Origin: Bdellovibrionales bacterium
GTDB lineage: Bacteria > Bdellovibrionota > Bdellovibrionia > Bdellovibrionales > CAYMLA01
Reading direction: 5' to 3'
Assembly (NCBI GenBank): GCA_965217115.1
Contig: OZ244239.1
Location: 1,472,001-1,536,000 of the forward strand
Length of the DNA: 64,000 nt
Made by a program: the position numbers and the translations under genes. Below, one piece after another: positions 49,695 to 60,216 of the stretch (within the stretch, counting starts at the first letter, position 1; each line of letters starts with the position of its first letter). The notes beneath the pieces are model-generated. The model ran no database searches, was not told the DNA's origin, and worked only from the letters and a program-made list of their open reading frames with translations.

Positions 49695-50998
49695 GTTTTG
49701 AAAGCCTGCTTTTTCAAAATAAGAGTAAAAACAATAAAATCTTGTGCTCTAAGGATGAAGAGTATTTGGATTATATTCAATCAGTGGGGTTCCCTAATCG
49801 TAAACAGGAATCTTGGAAATACCTAAATCTTGAAAAAATAAAAAAAACTCAATGGGTTTTGCAAGATCAGAAAAAAAAACCTTTGAATAAAGAAGATATA
49901 AAAGAGATTGAAAAGCTAAAAATAACAAATGCCATCCATGTCGTTTTTGTAAATGGTGTTTATATCCCTCAGATATCTAGTGAGGAAAAAGACACATCGC
50001 TATTTTCCATTTATGATAAAAGCAAAGACAGTCAGAGAGATGGTAAGAACCACTCAGAAAAGCGAAGCTGCTTTAACAAGAAGGTGAATTATTTTTCAGC
50101 ATTTGTTTTATTAAGCTCTGAAGAGGTTATTTCTTTTGAGGTTAAGAAAAACACCAAACTAAAAAAAATATTGCAAATCATTCATTGGCAAAATGGTGAC
50201 TCAGAAGAGTTAGAGGAAAGGCTATTTCGTCAGAGAATTAATTTTAAAATTGAGGAAGGAGCTGAATTAAAAGTTATTGAAACGATTGATCAGGCAGAGA
50301 GCCAAGTAAGATCATTTGAGAGTTTGTCATTAAGGGTGATTGATGTTCAGGTAGGAAAAAGAGGGTGTTTTGACCTCTGTCGAGTTCATAAGAGTAAGAA
50401 AATAAAATGTATAAATCACATTCGAGTGGAGCAGGAAGAGGGGAGTCAGTTTTATTATTTAGGAGCAGACATTCAGGGGGAATTGATTCGCAATGACATT
50501 AGTGTTTCGGTGAATGGCCGTCACTGCGAAACGTCTGTAGATGGGTTTTATTTAACAAAAGATAATCAAGAGATTGATAATCACGCCTTTATAGAACAGA
50601 GAAGTCCTGATTGTAAGACCCACCAGCTTTATAAGGGTTTTTTAACAGATAAATCTCACGCTGTGTTTGATGGTAAAATAGTGATTCAGGAAAAATCACA
50701 AAAAGTTAATGTTCAGCAGCTTAACAGAAACCTGCTAATTGGCTCTAAATCTCGTGTAGACACAAAACCTAATTTAGAGGTTTTGGCTGATGATGTAAAA
50801 GCGAGTCATGGAGCGACGGTGGGGCAGCTAAATGAAGAAGAATTATTTTATTTCCAAAGCCGAGCTATTTCAAAAAAGAAGGCATTGGAGATGATAGGTT
50901 TTGGTTTTTTAGTAGATGTGTCCTATCGGTTGCGAAATTTAGATGTAAGGGTTCGTGTTGAAGAGTGGATGAGAGAGTCTTTTAAAGGGTTGGTTTGA
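49691..50998 (+). CDS. sufD: Fe-S assembly protein SufD
   Basis: FPNRKQESWKY, KPNLEVLADDVKASHGATVG and FYFQSRAI motifs. Confidence 0.93.
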   Translation: MSFESLLFQNKSKNNKILCSKDEEYLDYIQSVGFPNRKQESWKYLNLEKIKKTQWVLQDQKKKPLNKEDIKEIEKLKITNAIHVVFVNGVYIPQISSEEKDTSLFSIYDKSKDSQRDGKNHSEKRSCFNKKVNYFSAFVLLSSEEVISFEVKKNTKLKKILQIIHWQNGDSEELEERLFRQRINFKIEEGAELKVIETIDQAESQVRSFESLSLRVIDVQVGKRGCFDLCRVHKSKKIKCINHIRVEQEEGSQFYYLGADIQGELIRNDISVSVNGRHCETSVDGFYLTKDNQEIDNHAFIEQRSPDCKTHQLYKGFLTDKSHAVFDGKIVIQEKSQKVNVQQLNRNLLIGSKSRVDTKPNLEVLADDVKASHGATVGQLNEEELFYFQSRAISKKKALEMIGFGFLVDVSYRLRNLDVRVRVEEWMRESFKGLV

Positions 50999-52229
50999 TA
51001 TCGAAAAAGAATTTGATGTTAATAAAATACGAGAAGATTTTCCTATTCTCAAAAAAGAGATAAACGGAAAACCCTTGGTGTATCTAGACAGTGCTGCATC
51101 GGCGTTAAAGCCTCGCTCTGTGGTAGACCGTTTATCAAATTATTACCTTTATGAGTCATCAAATGTTCATCGAGGTTCTCATTATCTAAGTGACCAAGGC
51201 ACTTCTAATTATGAAAATTCCAGAGAGAAAGTGAGAGGTTTTATCAATGCAGACTCTTGCCAAGAAATTATTTTCACTAAAGGGACAACGGAGTCAATTA
51301 ATTTGGTGGCGCAGTCTTGGGGGTACTCACAATTAAAACAAGGTGATGAGATTCTTCTTACAGAGATGGAGCATCACTCTAATATTGTTCCATGGCAGAT
51401 ATTGGCAGAAAAAGTTGGTGCTGTGATTAAAGTGCTTCCAATAGTAGATGAGAGAGGGAATCTCTGTGAGGAATCTTTTGAACGGCTTCTTTCGGAGAAG
51501 ACAAAAATGGTGGCGATCACTCATTGTTCTAACACCTTGGGAACGATCAATGACATAGAGAGAATTGTGAAAAAGGCTAAGGCTATCGGTGCCAAAGTTT
51601 TGGTTGATGGAGCTCAGGCAGTTTGTTGCCAGAAGGTGGACGTGAAGAAGCTTGATTGTGATTTTTATGCTTTTTCAGGACACAAACTTTGGGGACCTTA
51701 TGGCATTGGAGTTTTGTATGGAAAAAAAGATATTTTGAATGAAATGCCTCCCTATCAAAGTGGAGGGAGTATGATCTCAGAGGTGAGTTTTTTAAAAACA
51801 ACCTTTGGAGAGCTGCCGAATAAATTTGAAGGGGGAACTCCTCATATAGCAGGAGCGATTGGTCTGAGTGAGGCGATTGACTACACTTTGAGTGTTGGAA
51901 TAGAGGCTATTCATTCACATGGGGAGATGTTACTCAAGGAAGCCAGCGAAGGATTAAAGGCGATAGACGGTTTACGTGTAATAGGTGAGGCAGAAAAAAA
52001 GACAAGTTTGATTTCTTTTGTTATTGAGGGAGTTCATCACAGTGATTTGGGTCAAATTTTAGATGAGCAGGGTGTGGCGATAAGAACGGGGCATCATTGC
52101 ACTCAGCCATTAATGGAGAAATTGGGATTACCGGGTACAACGAGAGCTTCTTTTTCTATGTACAATACTCGATCAGACGTAGAGGCATTGATTGAAGGGG
52201 TTAAAAAATCTGTGGAGTTATTACGATGA
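50995..52229 (+). CDS. sufS: Cysteine desulfurase SufS (start ambiguous; see findings)
   Basis: YLDSAAS, EHHSN, SGHK (PLP Lys) and RTGHHC motifs. The conserved N-terminus FDVNKIREDFPIL lies upstream of the called TTG 51075, with no in-frame start. Confidence 0.92.
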
Positions 52230-52807
52230 ATAAAGAAAATATTGATGCTGAAATTTTAATTCGTGTGCAAGCCACTCCCAATCCAAGTGCATGGAAATTT
52301 GTGATTAATCGAGTGGTCAAGACAGAGGGAAAAGCCTCCTATTCTTCGCAACAGGATGCCCAAGATCTTTTGTTAGTAAAATCTTTATTCTCTGTTTTGG
52401 GTGTGACCCAGGTGCATCTTTTCCGCAATATTGTGACAGTGACTCATATAACTGGTTTTGAAAAAGTAGAAAATTGGAAAGAATCTGTGAGTATTGTTTT
52501 ACAAACACGTTTACCTGTTCATAACCCTGATTTTGTCATTGAACAAAATGGGCAGAAGGAACGCCGAGAGCAGATAGATCCGGAGCTGAAAAAAATTGAT
52601 GATATTTTAGATCGTACGATCCGCCCAGGTCTACAGGGAGATGGGGGAGATATAGAGGTTGTGGAGTTAACAAATAATCGTTTGATTGTCCGTTACGAAG
52701 GGGCTTGTGGCTCTTGCCCCAGTGCCACAACAGGAACCTTAATGGCCATCGAAGGAATTTTGCAGGATCAATACAATAGCCAGATCGAAGTTATTCCCGT
52801 TCCTTAA
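52226..52807 (+). CDS. Nfu/NifU-family Fe-S carrier (Nfu_N plus NifU C-terminal domain)
   Basis: TPNPSAWKF, IRPGLQGDGGDI and GACGSCPS motifs. Confidence 0.92.
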   Translation: MNKENIDAEILIRVQATPNPSAWKFVINRVVKTEGKASYSSQQDAQDLLLVKSLFSVLGVTQVHLFRNIVTVTHITGFEKVENWKESVSIVLQTRLPVHNPDFVIEQNGQKERREQIDPELKKIDDILDRTIRPGLQGDGGDIEVVELTNNRLIVRYEGACGSCPSATTGTLMAIEGILQDQYNSQIEVIPVP

Positions 52808-52913
52808 GGACTGAGCTTGTTTTTTTTTGGAAAAAACTGACACGGAACAACAACGGTCCTTTTTTGTATAAGGACCAGCTTTCTTGTCAAAATGAAAATG
52901 AAAGTCAGAATGA

Positions 52914-53501
52914 CTATTGAATAATTTTAAAGGGTGGAATTTTCTTTTCAGGAGATTTTTTGGATTTAGAAAAGAGATTGAGTGATTTTAAATGTCTCTC
53001 TTGTGGTTTTATCTTGTCTTGGGTCATCAGGGATGTTGTGTAGCCGAGCCGTCCATTATTAGGAGTTTCAGAGTAACTGTGTAGAAAAATTTGGTTATTT
53101 TTTTCTGAAGGAGACTGAATTTTTAGAGTCACAGTAAAGGACTCTCCATTTTTAATGGCTCCTAAGGTGTCACTTTTCTCCCCATCGACAACAGTGACGC
53201 CTTCAGGGAAAGACCACTGATAGTTAATATTTGGTAGGTTTCTACGGGCGACAATAGTGGCCCTCAATGAGATGATGCTCTGTTGTGAAGCGAGGGCTTC
53301 TGTGGAAATTTTATCTATTTTAATAAAAAGAGTTCCCCTTGCTTTGGCGTGTAGAAGGGTGTGTCTTTTTACAAAAGCAATAGTTCTTTTAATAGAGGAA
53401 GTTTTTACCCTATTATGGGAGATACTTCCATCCTCTTTGTTTACCGATGAGAGAGTGAATAAAGAAGTGAGAAAAGCGAGGGTCACCACTAATTTGGACA
53501 T
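52914..53501 (-). CDS. Hypothetical exported protein (Ig-like beta sandwich likely)
   Basis: Signal peptide, YQWSFPEGVTVVDG; overlaps the upstream peptidase gene. Confidence 0.6.
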   Translation of the reverse strand: MSKLVVTLAFLTSLFTLSSVNKEDGSISHNRVKTSSIKRTIAFVKRHTLLHAKARGTLFIKIDKISTEALASQQSIISLRATIVARRNLPNINYQWSFPEGVTVVDGEKSDTLGAIKNGESFTVTLKIQSPSEKNNQIFLHSYSETPNNGRLGYTTSLMTQDKIKPQERHLKSLNLFSKSKKSPEKKIPPFKIIQ

Positions 53502-55240
53502 AAACTACTCCCGTTAAGTTCTAAGGTGTAATTGGCGCCAGAGCCAATAGTGTCCTCGAAAATTTTAACATTGATCATATAAGTTCCTGCGGAAAGAGGT
53601 TCTAAGTTGATAACTTCGCTGCCATCTTCAGTTTCACCGACCCTAGCATCCTCATGTTCTGAGTCTCGATAACGGTCACTGCTCCCTGCAAGGCCCTCGT
53701 CGTTCTTATAATAGGTATACCCATCTCTGTAGAGAAAGAGATCTAAATCTGTGAGGTCGGTACCATCAACTTGTTCGTACTTAAGTGTGAGGGTTGACTC
53801 GTCGCCACTGAGAGTGAGTTCGTAGAAGTCATTGTCACTAAATTGATTGGATGACCCCAGCGACGACCCGGAAATATCAACTCTGGAACAAGATCCTCCC
53901 GTGGAGACAGGCTGTCCATAATCCTGGCGTGTGCCCCGTTGCTTTTCATTAATAAGAGCTGAAGCAATGTCATTGGTGCCGCCGTCTAGGTCGAGAAGAA
54001 AGCTATAAAAATAACCAGCATTGCGAAAATGAACATCGGAGGATTTAAATCCGTTGCTTGCACTTGTAAAAACACTCCAGAGTTCAGAAAAATCAAGAGT
54101 GACCTCTTCAGAACCATCATTGGAGCCATTTTCTCCATTGCCTGTAATGGGGTGGGGATCGATAAAATCCCAGAGAGTGCGTGTGACAGAAAACTCTCGA
54201 AAGTTTCCTTCTCCTAGAGTAGAGGGAATGTCGTTGTTAGGAGTTTCTAGGTTTTCGTAAAAGGCGTTAAAGATTGGACTTCCAGGGGCGCGATCGCTAT
54301 TACCTATTGTGTCTTGGTATACGGGGGTTCCTCTGATGGCGGCTTGAAAAAAACTGGCCCATCCCTCTCCCCATGCCAAACGGGGGTCAATAATGGAGTT
54401 TCCGCTGTGAGAACCACCAGGGGAGTCTGTGTCAGCAAACTTGTGTTCGATAAAATGTCCATATTCGTGGAGAATAATGGTGTTATCAAAATGATCTGTA
54501 TCAGAGTTATCAACATCGCCGTTCACTCCACCTAATATATACAGAGATTCTTTGGAGGGAATATAAAAACTAACGGGACCAACATTAAAATAGCTACCAG
54601 GATTGACTCCCTTGCTCCAATAGACAGTTACGTGGGGGGCGACAGTGAAGGGCGAGCAACCATAGCTTGCGCACTTAGCGGTTGTTATTTGTTGGCGTAA
54701 AAAATTATTGGCTTGCCAAATTTGCTCCATAATATTAAACGCTCCGCCTTTGACATCACCGGTTGCAGAGGCATTGATTGCTCCAAGATTAACATCGAAG
54801 CCAAAGATATTAAAGGATTTGTGTATATAATAGGAAACTTGATTTTCAGGGCTTTTTAATATGGAGACCTTTAGTTTTCCGTTATTAGCACGAGAAGAAA
54901 TCCGTATGGTGTAAGATGAGATATTGGGAGAGAGAAGAAAAGAAAAAGCGCCATTTTCATCTGTTTCAGAACATTGTATGGTTTTACCAGAAGAATCTAA
55001 AATACGGATTTCAGCATTACGAATGGGTTTGGGTGGTCCAGCTGCACCGAGGCCACTAGCTGAACTCTCCCTTGCCTGAAAAGTGGCAGACCCTGTTACA
55101 GTCACAGGGGAGATATAAGTTTTGATTGCTGAGCAATAGGGTTTTTCAAAGAGTGGTTCCTCAAATTCAGGTGGTTCAGCACAGCTGCTAAAAAGCATAA
55201 GTCCTGTGATGAGTAGAGAAAACTGTTTAATCAAGGTCAT
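53489..55240 (-). CDS. Lipoprotein zinc metallopeptidase (gluzincin-like) with C-terminal PPC-like domain
   Basis: Lipobox FSSC, ILHEYGHF, AWGEGWA, and DLDLFLY...LSAGTYMINV. Confidence 0.75.
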   Translation of the reverse strand: MTLIKQFSLLITGLMLFSSCAEPPEFEEPLFEKPYCSAIKTYISPVTVTGSATFQARESSASGLGAAGPPKPIRNAEIRILDSSGKTIQCSETDENGAFSFLLSPNISSYTIRISSRANNGKLKVSILKSPENQVSYYIHKSFNIFGFDVNLGAINASATGDVKGGAFNIMEQIWQANNFLRQQITTAKCASYGCSPFTVAPHVTVYWSKGVNPGSYFNVGPVSFYIPSKESLYILGGVNGDVDNSDTDHFDNTIILHEYGHFIEHKFADTDSPGGSHSGNSIIDPRLAWGEGWASFFQAAIRGTPVYQDTIGNSDRAPGSPIFNAFYENLETPNNDIPSTLGEGNFREFSVTRTLWDFIDPHPITGNGENGSNDGSEEVTLDFSELWSVFTSASNGFKSSDVHFRNAGYFYSFLLDLDGGTNDIASALINEKQRGTRQDYGQPVSTGGSCSRVDISGSSLGSSNQFSDNDFYELTLSGDESTLTLKYEQVDGTDLTDLDLFLYRDGYTYYKNDEGLAGSSDRYRDSEHEDARVGETEDGSEVINLEPLSAGTYMINVKIFEDTIGSGANYTLELNGSSLCPN

Positions 55241-55367
55241 ACTTAATTCATCGGATAAATCAGTGGTTGCATTTAGATTTTTGAAGGGGAGGTTAGCTTT
55301 TTTTATTGATGATTTACTCTTAAATGTTATGACATGGGCTAAGGTCTTATTGCGCTTGGGTGAATTA

Positions 55368-55631
55368 ATGGAAATAGGGTTTAATTCGAATGTGGTGATT
55401 AAGGGAGAGGCTTATCATATCCAATCAGAGGATTGGGGAGAGTCTAGGGCCTTTTTAGTGAGCCAAATATTCAAATCAGGGGCCATTGTTAAAACAATAA
55501 AGGTTTCTTATTTAGAGGCTTTTGCGAAGTGTTTTCCAGGGGTGGTTCATTATGAGACAGAGTTGCTGAAAAAGGCTTTAAAGCATCAACATTCAGAAAT
55601 CTTGAAGAAGTTAATGGTTGGCAGATTGTAG
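55368..55631 (+). CDS. Small conserved hypothetical protein
   Basis: GFNSNV...YHIQSEDWG...QIFKSGAIV...QHSEIL pattern; ATG 55368 avoids overlap with the divergent gene. Confidence 0.65.
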   Translation: MEIGFNSNVVIKGEAYHIQSEDWGESRAFLVSQIFKSGAIVKTIKVSYLEAFAKCFPGVVHYETELLKKALKHQHSEILKKLMVGRL

Positions 55632-55698
55632 CAGAGCCAAAGTCGAGTCTTGATGAGGAAGGTAGTCAAGTATCTATATAATGCCCTAAAATAAGAGA

Positions 55699-56361
55699 GT
55701 GCTAGAGTTTAAACATGTTTATAAAACTTATCCAGGGCCAGTTCATGCCTTGAGGAATATAGATATTTCTATAGATAAAGGTGAATTCGTTTTCTTAACA
55801 GGTCCGAGTGGATCAGGTAAAACCACATTATTTAGAATGTTATCAGCCTATGACCAACCAACATCTGGTCAAATCAATGTTGTAGGTTATAATCTAGCAA
55901 AACTTAAAGAGTCTCAAATTTGTTATTTTAGACGTAAAATTGGAGTGGTTTTCCAGGATTTTAAATTATTAAAAAATAGAACTTTATTTGAGAATGTCGC
56001 TTTGCCACTAGAAATTTTGGGAGAGCGTTCACAAAATATTGATAAAAAATGTCGAGAGGTTTTAGATCAAGTGGGTTTGGGTTTTAAAAGAGATCATTAC
56101 CCAGAACAAGTGTCAGGGGGGGAACAACAAAGAACGGCTATTGCCAGAGCCTTAGTTCATCAACCAAGCTTGATTATTGCTGATGAGCCAACAGGTAATC
56201 TTGATTCCGAATTGAGTGAGGAGATTATTAATCTTTTTGATCGAGCTAACTCCCGTGGAACAACAGTTTTTATAGCAAGCCATGATCATAATCTGGTCGA
56301 ACGACATGCACGTCGGCGATTAGATTTGCAGAGCGGTTGTGTTGCTGCGGATATCTGTTAA
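55699..56361 (+). CDS. ftsE: Cell division ATP-binding protein FtsE
   Basis: GPSGSGKT, RRKIGVVFQDFKLL, SGGEQQR and ADEPTGNLD motifs. Confidence 0.95.
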   Translation: MLEFKHVYKTYPGPVHALRNIDISIDKGEFVFLTGPSGSGKTTLFRMLSAYDQPTSGQINVVGYNLAKLKESQICYFRRKIGVVFQDFKLLKNRTLFENVALPLEILGERSQNIDKKCREVLDQVGLGFKRDHYPEQVSGGEQQRTAIARALVHQPSLIIADEPTGNLDSELSEEIINLFDRANSRGTTVFIASHDHNLVERHARRRLDLQSGCVAADIC

Positions 56362-56373
56362 GGGAATGCCTAG

Positions 56374-57297
56374 ATGAAGAGTAGCGTAAAAAATTTAAAA
56401 CGAACATGGGCAAATAACACAGGCATTCATGTGGCGACGTTGTCGGTATTCTCTCTTACATTAGTTGTTATTTGTGGGTTTCTTCTGATTTTTAAAAACA
56501 CTTCTCGTCTTATTGAAGTTTGGGGAGATAGCCAACAGTTAAGTGTTTATTTTTATCCAGAGGCGAAAAAAGAAGAGGTAGAAAAATTTGTTAAGAGTTT
56601 GAAAAGCCAAAAAGAAGTTAAAAGCTATCAGGTTGTAAGCAAGAAAAAGGCTATGGCAGTTTTTCAAAAGCAATTGAGAGGTATGAACTCAAAACTATTA
56701 GATGACAAAGAGATTGGATTGGCTGTTCCAACAACGGTATTAGTTTCTTTGCAAGGTGAAGGAATAGACGTCGGTAATTTATCGGCATTCACGGAGTTAA
56801 GAAAAATATTTAAAAAACAAAAAGGCGTGGAAGAAGTAAGCTTTGGGCATGAGTGGATAGAGAGATATATTGCTTTTCTTAAAATACTGAAAATAGGTGG
56901 TTGGTCGCTGATTGGCCTTCTCTTTGTTGTGGGGATTTTTGTTATTAGCAACTCAATTCGTGTTTCAGTAAATGCTCGTCGTGAGGACATTGAAATTATG
57001 GAGCTTGTTGGTAGCACTCAAAGCATGATTCGTCGTCCTTTTGTTGCGGAGGGTGCGAGTTTAGGTTTTTTAGGAGGAGTGGTAGGTGTTTTATTTACTT
57101 ATGCAGGCTATAGCTGGCTGGTAAAATTAATGGTAAATAGAGAGAGTTTCTCACAAATAACACCTTATATGTCTTTCTTATCTGTGACAGTGGTTTTATA
57201 TTGTCTTTTAATGGCCACATTTACAGGCGCGTTGGCATCTTATCTTTGTGTACGCAAAGTTAATGATGGTTGGGCAGCACGAGGTCGGCGAGCATGA
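56374..57297 (+). CDS. ftsX: Cell division permease FtsX
   Basis: ISNSIRVSVNARREDIEIMELVG...IRRPFVAEG. Confidence 0.93.
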   Translation: MKSSVKNLKRTWANNTGIHVATLSVFSLTLVVICGFLLIFKNTSRLIEVWGDSQQLSVYFYPEAKKEEVEKFVKSLKSQKEVKSYQVVSKKKAMAVFQKQLRGMNSKLLDDKEIGLAVPTTVLVSLQGEGIDVGNLSAFTELRKIFKKQKGVEEVSFGHEWIERYIAFLKILKIGGWSLIGLLFVVGIFVISNSIRVSVNARREDIEIMELVGSTQSMIRRPFVAEGASLGFLGGVVGVLFTYAGYSWLVKLMVNRESFSQITPYMSFLSVTVVLYCLLMATFTGALASYLCVRKVNDGWAARGRRA

Positions 57298-58463
57298 GGA
57301 TAATTTTATTAAAACCTCTCTCTATAACCGTATTTCTTTTTTTATTTCTAGGGTTCTCTTTTACAGAGGGAAATAATCGTGAGTCCAGAAAAGAAAAAAT
57401 TGGGAAAAAATATTATAAAACAAAGGAACATTTAAATAAATCGGAAGGGCTAAGACGTCAAATTTTAAGCCGACTATACGACCTTAATAAAAACATGAAA
57501 AAAGTTGAAAAAGAAAAAACAAATTTGAAGAAGAATCAACTAAGCGTAAAAATTCGAATAAATGATTTAAAAAGAAAAATTTGGAATAAAGAAAATGAAG
57601 TGCTTGAACAAAAAAAGAGAATACGGCGCAAAATGAATCTTATATATAGATTGGGAGGAAGTGGGTATTTCGGCGTGTTTTTTTCTGACATGACGATTTC
57701 CGAGAGAGAAATTAATTTAAAAATTTTATCGAATTTAACCCATTTAGATTTAAAGTTGATAAAACATTATCAAAAGAACTTAGCTATTTTGGAGCGGAAT
57801 AGAGCAGTGTTAGTTAAGCAAGGTATTTATTTAAAAAAAATAGTCTCTCAGTTACGAGGAAAAGAGGGGTCGTTAAAAAAAGTTTTTTATAAAAAAACCG
57901 TATTAATTCGTCAATTGAAGAAAGAGAGAAAAATTCAGTTAAAAAAACTTTTTAAATTACGTCATCGAGCTGAGAATCGTTATATTGAGAATTTATTAAA
58001 ACCGTCTATTTATGAGAGAAAGGGGAATTTGAATTGGCCTATAAAAGGCATCGTTTTGAGGGAGTCCGGCTTTATAAAGACAGAAGGGGTTGTCTTAAAT
58101 CATAAAGGGGTTTTCTTTTTAGCGCCAAGGGGAACGGCTGTTAAAAGTATTTTTCAAGGGAAGGTCTCCTACACTGGAGTGCGTCCAGGTTATGGAAAGT
58201 TAGTGATTGTAGATCATGGAGATCATTATTATTCAATTTATGCTCATAATAACAAAATTAGAGTGAGAGTTGGACAAGAGGTTAAGGCACAAGATGTATT
58301 GGCTACCTCTGGTGAGAGCAAGAATTTTATTCTCAATAAACTAGAAGAGGGATTGTATTTTGAAATTCGTCATTTCTCTGAAGCGAATGATCCTCTTGTG
58401 TGGCTAAAGAAAAAAAATAGATTACATATATCATCATCTCGATTAGAAGGGGAGTCTTTGTGA
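57294..58463 (+). CDS. envC: Murein hydrolase activator EnvC (coiled coil plus degenerate M23)
   Basis: Coiled coil, LNWPIKG, HKGVF (no Asp), GYGKLVIVDHG and LYFEIR; ATGA overlap with ftsX. Confidence 0.85.
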   Translation: MRIILLKPLSITVFLFLFLGFSFTEGNNRESRKEKIGKKYYKTKEHLNKSEGLRRQILSRLYDLNKNMKKVEKEKTNLKKNQLSVKIRINDLKRKIWNKENEVLEQKKRIRRKMNLIYRLGGSGYFGVFFSDMTISEREINLKILSNLTHLDLKLIKHYQKNLAILERNRAVLVKQGIYLKKIVSQLRGKEGSLKKVFYKKTVLIRQLKKERKIQLKKLFKLRHRAENRYIENLLKPSIYERKGNLNWPIKGIVLRESGFIKTEGVVLNHKGVFFLAPRGTAVKSIFQGKVSYTGVRPGYGKLVIVDHGDHYYSIYAHNNKIRVRVGQEVKAQDVLATSGESKNFILNKLEEGLYFEIRHFSEANDPLVWLKKKNRLHISSSRLEGESL

Positions 58464-59824
58464 AGAAAAGAAAATCAATATTTATGGTGTGCAGTATTGT
58501 GATGAGTGTCTTTCTTATCCTTCAGGGATATCCTCAAAAATGGGCGCAAGCGACAGAGGGGCATTATAAAGAATTGCAAAAATTTGCTAGAATTCTTAAT
58601 TTGATTAAGCAGTATTATGTTGATGAGGTGAGCACTAAAAAGCTTATTTCTGGTGGTATTAATGGCATGCTTAATGAGCTAGATCCTCACACTAACTTTT
58701 TGCGACCAGAGGTGTTTAAAGAGTTTGAGAAGGAAACTTCTGGCAGATTTGGTGGGTTAGGTATAGAAATTTCTATTCAAAAAGGTTTTTTAAAAGTGAT
58801 TTCAGCAATAGAGGACACTCCAGCGTGGAAAGCAGGAATTGAAGCTGGCGATCGTATTATTTCGGTTAATGGAAAAGAAACAGAGGATTTAAGTTTAGTG
58901 GAAGCGGCTCAGTTAATGAGAGGAAAATTAGGAACAAAAGTTAAATTAAAGATTGCTCGCAAAGGAGAGGAGAATTTTTTAAATTTTACGATTAAGAGGG
59001 CGGAAGTTAAAGTGCGCTCGGTAAAGTATGTGAATTTAGATGATGGTTATGCATATATACGTTTGACGAGCTTTATTGAAAATTCGGCAAGGGATTTTAA
59101 AAAAACAATTGAAAAACATGAAAAATCGAGAAAGGACAAAAAAATTAAGGGATTAATTATTGATCTACGTCGAAATCCAGGGGGCTTGCTAACCCAAGCG
59201 GTGAAGCTGAGTGATTTCTTTTTGGAAAAAGGGATCATTGTAAGCACGATTGGTCGGGATAGAAAAGAAAAAGAAATTATTTATGCAACTAAAAAGGGAA
59301 CACGAACTGATTTTCCTGTGATTGTTATTGTGAATGAGTACTCTGCAAGTGCAAGTGAGATATTAGCAGGAGCTCTACAGGATAATAAAAGAGCAATTGT
59401 TATGGGTCGACGCAGTTTTGGTAAGGGATCAGTGCAGTCGGTTATAAAACTAAAAGATGGATCAGGTCTTAAAATGACTGTGGCACGATATTACACTCCT
59501 AGTGGTCGTTCCATTCAAGCGCAAGGGATCGTGCCTGATATTGTCTTAGATAAAATTGATCCAGAGGCTTTTGAGAAGGCGATTGTTCAGAGACGTTCCC
59601 GTCGTGAAAAAGATATTTCCAAGCATTTAAAAGCAGAAAAATTAAAAAAAATTAGTAAAAAAGAAGATGCCTCCCGTTCTTTTTATTATTGGATGAAGCA
59701 ATCGGCCACAAGCAAAGGAAAGAGTTCAGCTAAAATTCGTTTGTTATCTAAGGATTTTGAGGTGGTTCAGGCGTTGAATTATATTAAAACATGGCGTTTG
59801 ATGAAAACGTTGGAAAAATTATGA
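58460..59824 (+). CDS. ctpA: S41 carboxyl-terminal processing protease
   Basis: LDPHT, PDZ GGLGI, DLRRNPGG, SASASEI, FGKGSVQ and YYTPSG motifs. Confidence 0.94.
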   Translation: MKKRKSIFMVCSIVMSVFLILQGYPQKWAQATEGHYKELQKFARILNLIKQYYVDEVSTKKLISGGINGMLNELDPHTNFLRPEVFKEFEKETSGRFGGLGIEISIQKGFLKVISAIEDTPAWKAGIEAGDRIISVNGKETEDLSLVEAAQLMRGKLGTKVKLKIARKGEENFLNFTIKRAEVKVRSVKYVNLDDGYAYIRLTSFIENSARDFKKTIEKHEKSRKDKKIKGLIIDLRRNPGGLLTQAVKLSDFFLEKGIIVSTIGRDRKEKEIIYATKKGTRTDFPVIVIVNEYSASASEILAGALQDNKRAIVMGRRSFGKGSVQSVIKLKDGSGLKMTVARYYTPSGRSIQAQGIVPDIVLDKIDPEAFEKAIVQRRSRREKDISKHLKAEKLKKISKKEDASRSFYYWMKQSATSKGKSSAKIRLLSKDFEVVQALNYIKTWRLMKTLEKL

Positions 59825-60216
59825 GTTCGGTGTTCACTCAAATAATAAATGGAAAAATACCTTGTTATAAAATTTTTGAAAATGAGAGTGTGTTTGCCTT
59901 TTTGGCTTTGGATCAGATTCAACTGGGACATACTTTGGTTGTACCGAAAAAAGAAATAGATCATTTCTCTGATGTGCCAGAGCCTTATTACTCAGAGATT
60001 TTTAAAATTTCCAAGGTATTATCTGTTGCTATTAAAAAAGCATCTGGCTGTGTGCGTGTGGGAAGTTTATTCGCGGGTTTTGAAGTCGCCCATTGTCATT
60101 ATCATCTGGTTCCTTTGTGGAAAGAATCTGACATGAGTTTTACAAATGCTAGTCAAAGACCAATGGATGAGATGAAATTGATTCAGAAAAAAATTATCGA
60201 ATATTTAACTTTTTAA
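59821..60216 (+). CDS. HIT-family hydrolase
   Basis: IINGKIP, GHTLVVPK and HCHYH motifs; ATGA overlap with ctpA. Confidence 0.92.
   Translation: MSSVFTQIINGKIPCYKIFENESVFAFLALDQIQLGHTLVVPKKEIDHFSDVPEPYYSEIFKISKVLSVAIKKASGCVRVGSLFAGFEVAHCHYHLVPLWKESDMSFTNASQRPMDEMKLIQKKIIEYLTF

Noticed and set aside
57294..58463. Degenerate M23 active site as a novelty
   Set aside because: Loss of the zinc ligands is the expected property of EnvC next to ftsEX.
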